Below, piece after piece: positions 58,774-64,000 of a stretch of DNA of 64,000 bases. The notes under the pieces are model-generated. The model saw only the letters and a program-made list of their open reading frames with translations. It made no database searches and had not been told where the DNA came from. The stretch is from an uncultured Candidatus Actinomarina sp. GTDB taxonomy: Bacteria; Actinomycetota; Acidimicrobiia; Actinomarinales; Actinomarinaceae. The stretch is from the NCBI GenBank assembly GCA_902625455.1, contig CACOBL010000002.1, forward strand, positions 561-64,560, written 5' to 3'. Each line of letters begins with the position of its first letter. Position 1 is the stretch's first letter. The position numbers and the translations under genes were made by a program.

Positions 58774-58791
58774 GAATAGTGTACAGTATTC
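58774..58791. promoter_or_regulatory. 18-bp near-perfect palindrome GAATAGTGTACAGTATTC in the divergent umuD/umuC intergenic region (candidate operator)
   Basis: Inverted repeat with 16/18 symmetric positions and a TGTACA core, 14 nt upstream of the umuC GTG and 23 nt from the umuD ATG. Confidence 0.35.
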
Positions 58792-58805
58792 AAAGGAGTA
58801 AGTAA

Positions 58806-60071
58806 GTGAATAATAAAATTTTTGCCCTAGTGGACTGTAATAATTTTTATGCGTCTTGTGAGAGAGTATTCAACCCAAAGCTAGAAGGAAAGCCTATTGT
58901 TGTTTTGTCTAACAATGATGGATGTGTCGTTGCTAGATCAAATGAAGCAAAAGCGTTAGGCATACCGATGGGAGCCCCATACTTTAAATACAAACAACTT
59001 ATCAATAGAAACAAAGTTCATGTATTTTCATCAAACTACACCTTCTATGGTGATATGTCGGCCAGAGTGATGACTTCACTAAAATCTCTTGTAAGCGATA
59101 TAGAGATTTACTCTATTGATGAAGCATTTCTCGATATTAGTAGCTTTTACTACTGTGATTTAGAAGAGACAGCTCAAGAGATACGAAGATTAATTAAACA
59201 GTGGACAGGGATTCCAGTTTCTATAGGTATAGGCCCAACAAAGACATTAGCAAAAGTAGCAAACAGACAAGCTAAAAAATACACAACATCTAATGTCTTC
59301 GATATACGAGATCAGAGCGTAAGAGATGAGATTTTAAAAGATCTACCACTTGAAGAGATATGGGGAATTTCAACAAGATGGGGAAGAAGGCTTCGAAAAA
59401 TTGGAGTAGATACTGCTTACGATTTAACACAGGCAAACGCTCGTTATGTCAGAAAAACAATCAGCATTGTAGGGGAGAGGATACATCATGAGCTAAATGG
59501 TATTTCCTGTATTGGCATAGAAGAGGTGAAGAATAAGAAAAGCATCATATCCTCTAAATCATTTGGTAGAAAAGTAATGTTAGTAAGTGAGTTAGAGGAA
59601 GCTGTTTCTAACTATGTTGCTAGAGCATGTGAGAAGTTGAGAGCACAGGGTTCTAGAGCACAAGGCTTGTATGTATTTTTAAGAACTAGTCCATTTGTTG
59701 ATCCAGAGAAAAGATACAGCAACGGTATGAGTATATTTTTTTCAATACCAACAAGCAATACATCAAAGATTGTCAAAGAAGCAAAACATCTAACGCGAAA
59801 ACTCTTTGTGTACGGATATGAGTACCAGAAAATTGGTGTGATGCTGCTAGATATCACTGGCGCAGAGAATGAACAATATAGTTTTTACGAATATGAAAAT
59901 TACGATCAATCAGACCGTGTGATGGAGGTACTAGATGGTGTTAATAGCAGATATGGATCAAGCACACTGACATTGGGAGCACAGGGTATAAAAAAAGACT
60001 GGAGAATGAAGTCGGAAAGAAAGTCTGCTGCTTACACAACAAATATGCTTCAAATACCAGTTGTGAAGTAA
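58806..60071 (+). CDS. umuC: Y-family DNA polymerase, UmuC-like (Pol V catalytic subunit)
   Basis: '[55 protein letters not shown]', near-identical in pattern to E. coli UmuC. GTG start 7 nt after the RBS AAAGGAG. Confidence 0.8.
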   Translation: MNNKIFALVDCNNFYASCERVFNPKLEGKPIVVLSNNDGCVVARSNEAKALGIPMGAPYFKYKQLINRNKVHVFSSNYTFYGDMSARVMTSLKSLVSDIEIYSIDEAFLDISSFYYCDLEETAQEIRRLIKQWTGIPVSIGIGPTKTLAKVANRQAKKYTTSNVFDIRDQSVRDEILKDLPLEEIWGISTRWGRRLRKIGVDTAYDLTQANARYVRKTISIVGERIHHELNGISCIGIEEVKNKKSIISSKSFGRKVMLVSELEEAVSNYVARACEKLRAQGSRAQGLYVFLRTSPFVDPEKRYSNGMSIFFSIPTSNTSKIVKEAKHLTRKLFVYGYEYQKIGVMLLDITGAENEQYSFYEYENYDQSDRVMEVLDGVNSRYGSSTLTLGAQGIKKDWRMKSERKSAAYTTNMLQIPVVK

Positions 60072-60105
60072 GAAAAGTATGAAGTAATCTGTTTAAATTA
60101 AAGTT

Positions 60106-60969
60106 ATGGTTTTAAAGAATCCATATGCACACTCTTTAGATGGTCTTGAAATAGAAGACCCAGTACAAAGCTTTTTTGATTACTGCAAGAAACGTGAAGC
60201 AGTAAGGGTAAAAAGAGAGTCAGGAGAAGAGTACCCCTGGAGTGATGATCCAATTTTACAAAAAGGCCGTTTTCTAAATGTTTTTAGAGAAGATGATAAA
60301 GTAAGTAAATCCATTATTAAGTTTGCTGAACCAGTAAAAGATGACTTACCATTTTTAATCCAGGTTTTATTTTTTAGTAGATGGTGCAACAGAGATTTAA
60401 CTATAGACCAGCTAACACTTGATGATTTAAGTAATCCAGAAATTTTAAAAGAAAAACTGCTCAGTTTAGAACAATGGGAGAATTTCACAGCTTACCCAGT
60501 AGAAGGCTCCTATTGGGGTGAAAAGCTATATAGCCGCATTGATGCTGCAACATATAAATTTTATGAAAAAAAAGAAGAGTTAGCCGAAGTAGTTTTAAAT
60601 TCTAATAGAGATGTTATTACTGCTACAAACAATGTAAATGACCATTTTAAGATGAATAATGACTTCCCAATATTTATGGCATTGATTGATATTGCTTGGT
60701 TCAGAGAAGACGTCATACCAATTACTACTGATGTTCCAACTGGTATTGGCGCAGAACCATATTTAGACAGGCTTCAGAAGTTTCTTAATTTAAATAGCCA
60801 TCAAGATGTAGGCCTTAAAATGATAGAACTTCAAAGAGAGTATTGGCCTGATGCTAAGAGAACGTTTTATCCAATTGACATAGAGTATCAATCTTGTGAA
60901 TGTAGAAAATACTTTAGTTATGTGAATGGTACAAAAAAATTTGAAGGAAAAAATCTTTTTTCCATATGA
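60106..60969 (+). CDS. hypothetical protein (no recognisable family)
   Basis: 287-aa ORF with normal coding compactness. No motif I can assign. Confidence 0.4.
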   Translation: MVLKNPYAHSLDGLEIEDPVQSFFDYCKKREAVRVKRESGEEYPWSDDPILQKGRFLNVFREDDKVSKSIIKFAEPVKDDLPFLIQVLFFSRWCNRDLTIDQLTLDDLSNPEILKEKLLSLEQWENFTAYPVEGSYWGEKLYSRIDAATYKFYEKKEELAEVVLNSNRDVITATNNVNDHFKMNNDFPIFMALIDIAWFREDVIPITTDVPTGIGAEPYLDRLQKFLNLNSHQDVGLKMIELQREYWPDAKRTFYPIDIEYQSCECRKYFSYVNGTKKFEGKNLFSI

Positions 60970-60978
60970 TGTATTTAT

Positions 60979-62214
60979 TTAGGATTTATCTAAATTCTTC
61001 CAAATATTTCTTGTGGATAAATACCACACAAACCCAAATATGAAACCTAGTACTGGAAATAGTTTAAAAACAACTAGTACCCCATATATTGTTGCAAGGT
61101 ACCCAATCATGAGAGTTGAAATTGTATTCATCAGAAAATAAAGTGAATAATCTATCCCAGCAATTCTTCCCCTAAGTCTATCTGGTGTCAGTACTTGCAA
61201 TCCATATGTAGAAAATGCCCACTGTGATCCACCACCAGAATGTCCAAGGATTAATAAAAATACTGTTAAATAAAGTGACAATGAAAATGGTATGAAAAAA
61301 TAAAACAAACCCCAGGCCATGATGGTTATTCCGATTGTATTGAGAAGTTTTCCATCAGTGTTTCCGAAATAATATCTAATTGCAATTGGTCCTATTAATG
61401 CACCAATACCCCTAGCACCGAACATTAGCCCTGTACCAAAGTCACCAGTTTTGTATATATCATATGAAAGAACAGTAAATAAAGACAGTAAACCGCTTGC
61501 TGAGATACTGAATGTTGCCTTAGTAATAATTAAAGCAAAGATTTCTTTTTTAGATGCAGCATATTTAAGACCTTCTTTATAACTGATATCTTCTTTTTCT
61601 ATATCTTGAGATTTTTCGCTCAAATTTTTATTTATAGAAAAGACAATTAAAGCGGAAAGAACAAAGGTTAAACTGTCAATTGCGAATAACATATTTCTAC
61701 TAATCACTGTTGTGAGGTAACCACCTAGACCTGCACCTAGACCAGCCATCACACCCCAGCTTGAAAAAAATATTACATTTGCCTCAGCTAAATTTTCTTT
61801 TTTCACAACGTTTGGCAAAGCTGCATCAGATGTAGGCATATAAGGGGAACCTACTACTGAGAGTAATCCAAATGAAAATAAAATAAATGCGACATTTTTT
61901 GTTGTCACCGCATAAAGAATTAACAAAACAGTCATTCCCGATAAAAACTCAGAAATTGCTATGATTTTTTTTCTATCAAACCTATCTGCTAAATAACCAC
62001 CAAAGCTTCCAAGCATGAATAATGGTGCACTTTGAACTACTAACACCAGGGAAGTGATAAATGGATTTTCAGTTAACTCGTAAATTATACCCAAGAGAGG
62101 AACAGTTAATAGCCAGTCTCCACCTAAAGTGATTAAACGAGCAGCAAAAAGTTTACGAAAGTTTTGGTTTTGCGTAAGTAATATCTTGTATTTTTGAAAA
62201 TTTTCCATTTGCAT
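60979..62214 (-). CDS. MFS transporter
   Basis: 411 aa with 12 predicted TM helices and 'GGYLADRFDRKK' (the MFS motif A position). Confidence 0.75.
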   Translation of the reverse strand: MQMENFQKYKILLTQNQNFRKLFAARLITLGGDWLLTVPLLGIIYELTENPFITSLVLVVQSAPLFMLGSFGGYLADRFDRKKIIAISEFLSGMTVLLILYAVTTKNVAFILFSFGLLSVVGSPYMPTSDAALPNVVKKENLAEANVIFFSSWGVMAGLGAGLGGYLTTVISRNMLFAIDSLTFVLSALIVFSINKNLSEKSQDIEKEDISYKEGLKYAASKKEIFALIITKATFSISASGLLSLFTVLSYDIYKTGDFGTGLMFGARGIGALIGPIAIRYYFGNTDGKLLNTIGITIMAWGLFYFFIPFSLSLYLTVFLLILGHSGGGSQWAFSTYGLQVLTPDRLRGRIAGIDYSLYFLMNTISTLMIGYLATIYGVLVVFKLFPVLGFIFGFVWYLSTRNIWKNLDKS

Positions 62215-62260
62215 TTCAACTGTAACTGAAATGAGAAATAACTACTATACTTTAACAATA

Positions 62261-62968
62261 ATGAAAACGGCACTTGTAACTGGTGGAACAAGAGGTATAG
62301 GACTTTCCACAGCTCAAAAATTTATTGATGAAGGGTGGAATGTTTACATTACATCAAGAAAAGAAGAAAATTTACAATCGGTACTTTCTGCAAATACAAA
62401 AATCAAGGGTTTTGTTGCAAGAGCTGATGACTTAGCTGCTGCAACTGAAACCTGTAAAAAAATTGTGGATGAGACTGGATCACTTGATGTTTTAATTAAC
62501 AATGCTGGTACAAATCCATCTGGAGGTAGTTTGCTTGATGTAGATTTATCAGCCGTCCAAAAAACATGGGATGTAAATTTAATGGGTCCTTTGATGTGGA
62601 CTAGAGAGGCAGTAAAAGCGGGATTAAAAGAATCAGTTTTAAATGTTTGTTCTGTTGGAGGAATAAAGCCATCCCATTACATGGGTGCTTATAATATATC
62701 AAAGGCCGGATTAATTTATATGACAAAACAATTAGCAATGGAACTTGCACCTGATATTAGGGTGAATGGAGTAGCTCCTGCCGTAGTAAAAACTAAACTT
62801 TCAGAAATGCTCTGGGCTGGTGATGAGCAGGGAAGTGCAGATCTCCATGCTCTTAAAAAACTTGGAGAACCTGAAGATATTGCAAGTTTGATTTACTTTC
62901 TTTCAAGTGATGATTCGGCATGGATTACTGGTGAAGTCGTAACTATTGATGGCGGCTTTCTTCTTTAG
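62261..62968 (+). CDS. SDR-family short-chain dehydrogenase/reductase
   Basis: 'ALVTGGTRGIGL', 'NNAG' and 'YNISKAG' (YxxxK). Confidence 0.8.
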   Translation: MKTALVTGGTRGIGLSTAQKFIDEGWNVYITSRKEENLQSVLSANTKIKGFVARADDLAAATETCKKIVDETGSLDVLINNAGTNPSGGSLLDVDLSAVQKTWDVNLMGPLMWTREAVKAGLKESVLNVCSVGGIKPSHYMGAYNISKAGLIYMTKQLAMELAPDIRVNGVAPAVVKTKLSEMLWAGDEQGSADLHALKKLGEPEDIASLIYFLSSDDSAWITGEVVTIDGGFLL

Positions 62969-63907
62969 TTAGCCAATAAAGTATTTAGCTAATTCGTAAT
63001 ACAAAGGAATTCCAAAAATTATATTGAAAGGAAAAGTTACACCTAAACTCAGTCCTAGGTATATCGCAGGATTAGCATTTGGTATAGCATCTTTTACAAC
63101 TGCTGGAACTGCAATATAGCTTGCACTTGCAGTTAAGACCATTAACAGAGTCGCATTTCCTAAAGAAAGGTTAAAATTGACTGCAGCAAATAGGGCCAAG
63201 AGTGATCCAAAAATTGGAGTCACAAGTGCAAAAATTATCAAATTTTTACTTTTACCAGCCAACTCACCAATTCTCCTTGCAACTCTTGTTCCCATTACAA
63301 ATAAAAATATGAATAATACATACTCGAATAAAGTATCAGTTAGTAATTTTATTTGTGATACTGAGTTTAAATTTAAAGAGAATCCAATAATTAAAGATGA
63401 AATTAAAACTACATTTGGTATTTCTGTAAATGCCGTTTTCATAGTTCCAATATTATTTTTATTATCTGTGCTTTTACGAGTTACTAAATACAATGCCATA
63501 AAAATAGCTGGGAATTCCATGACAACAAGCACAGCTGACATGAAGTTATCATAGTTTTGGTAACTTGATGATAAATAAGTTAATGCGGTGACATATGTTA
63601 CAGCACTTACAGAACCATAAGTTCCTGATAAAGCGGCAGCATCGTCTATGTTAAGAATATTTTTAAGATACAAATAGGAGAGTAGGGGAATAAGTATTGC
63701 GAAGAATGCTCCGAGTGATAGAACTTTTAATACTTCATCTGTGAAACCATTATTTTGTAAACTTTGTCCACCTTTTAGGCCTAAAGCAAAAAGTAAGTAA
63801 TATCCTAAAAATTTTGATAATAAATTTGGAAACAAAATTTTAAAAACTAATCCAAATGTAATACCTGACAAAAATAAAATTAATGCGGGATTGAATAAGG
63901 CTTCCAT
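62969..63907 (-). CDS. polytopic membrane permease, possibly SbtA/DUF897-like Na+-dependent transporter
   Basis: 312 aa, about 10 TM helices, with internal repeats each containing 'GxxLxGG'-type motifs. The family assignment is tentative. Confidence 0.4.
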   Translation of the reverse strand: MEALFNPALILFLSGITFGLVFKILFPNLLSKFLGYYLLFALGLKGGQSLQNNGFTDEVLKVLSLGAFFAILIPLLSYLYLKNILNIDDAAALSGTYGSVSAVTYVTALTYLSSSYQNYDNFMSAVLVVMEFPAIFMALYLVTRKSTDNKNNIGTMKTAFTEIPNVVLISSLIIGFSLNLNSVSQIKLLTDTLFEYVLFIFLFVMGTRVARRIGELAGKSKNLIIFALVTPIFGSLLALFAAVNFNLSLGNATLLMVLTASASYIAVPAVVKDAIPNANPAIYLGLSLGVTFPFNIIFGIPLYYELAKYFIG

Positions 63908-64000
63908 TCAACTCAAAATGATAGTAAGTATATAAATTTTTATGTTCGTTTTATAATTATTTTACTTTTCTTACGAGCTCTTCAACTCTGTTAATATCTA

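Noticed and set aside
57326-63907. Prophage/integrative element carrying umuDC
   Set aside because: There are no integrase, tRNA/att repeats, transposase or phage structural genes in view. xerC at 35.6 kb is the housekeeping dif recombinase in its conserved rpsB-adjacent position. The region is better described as an accessory gene cluster of unknown mobility.
1-64000. CRISPR arrays, tandem or interspersed repeats, IS elements
   Set aside because: Scanning found no regularly spaced direct repeats and no transposase-like ORFs. The only notable repeats are the short palindromes or hairpins reported above.

Overview
This window is a gene-dense, streamlined stretch of AT-rich DNA, about 30% GC judged by eye, with neighbouring genes often overlapping by 1-8 nt. 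Conserved core gene orders match those typical of Actinobacteria:
- rpmB divergent from recG-rsmD-coaD-...-yceD-rpmF-plsX-rnc-mutM-...-smc
- rpsP-KH-rimM ... trmD-rplS-lepB-rnhB
- xerC-rpsB-tsf-pyrH-frr-cdsA-rseP-ispG-proS
- rimP-nusA-infB-rbfA-nrnA-truB-ribF-rpsO-pnp

This is consistent with a low-GC, genome-reduced actinobacterium. I found no rRNA or tRNA genes, no CRISPR array, and no obvious transposase, integrase or prophage.

The most unusual content:
- A roughly 6-kb insertion splits the conserved rimM|trmD operon. It carries FO-synthase genes (cofG plus a cofH with an uncharacterised ~250-aa N-terminal extension). It also carries a four-gene minus-strand operon: a GAPDH paralog lacking the catalytic cysteine, a canonical gap, RidA, and a class-I glutamine amidotransferase.
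- A photolyase-family flavoprotein whose domains appear circularly permuted is translationally coupled to an F420H2-dependent-nitroreductase (Ddn)-like protein.
- A MurF-like Mur ligase is fused to an N-terminal polytopic membrane domain and sits next to ddl.
- A divergent umuD-like/umuC pair, unusual for Actinobacteria, has an 18-bp near-perfect palindrome between the two genes. Next to it are an orphan 287-aa protein and an LLM flavin oxidoreductase/flavin reductase/methyltransferase/haloalkane-dehalogenase module.
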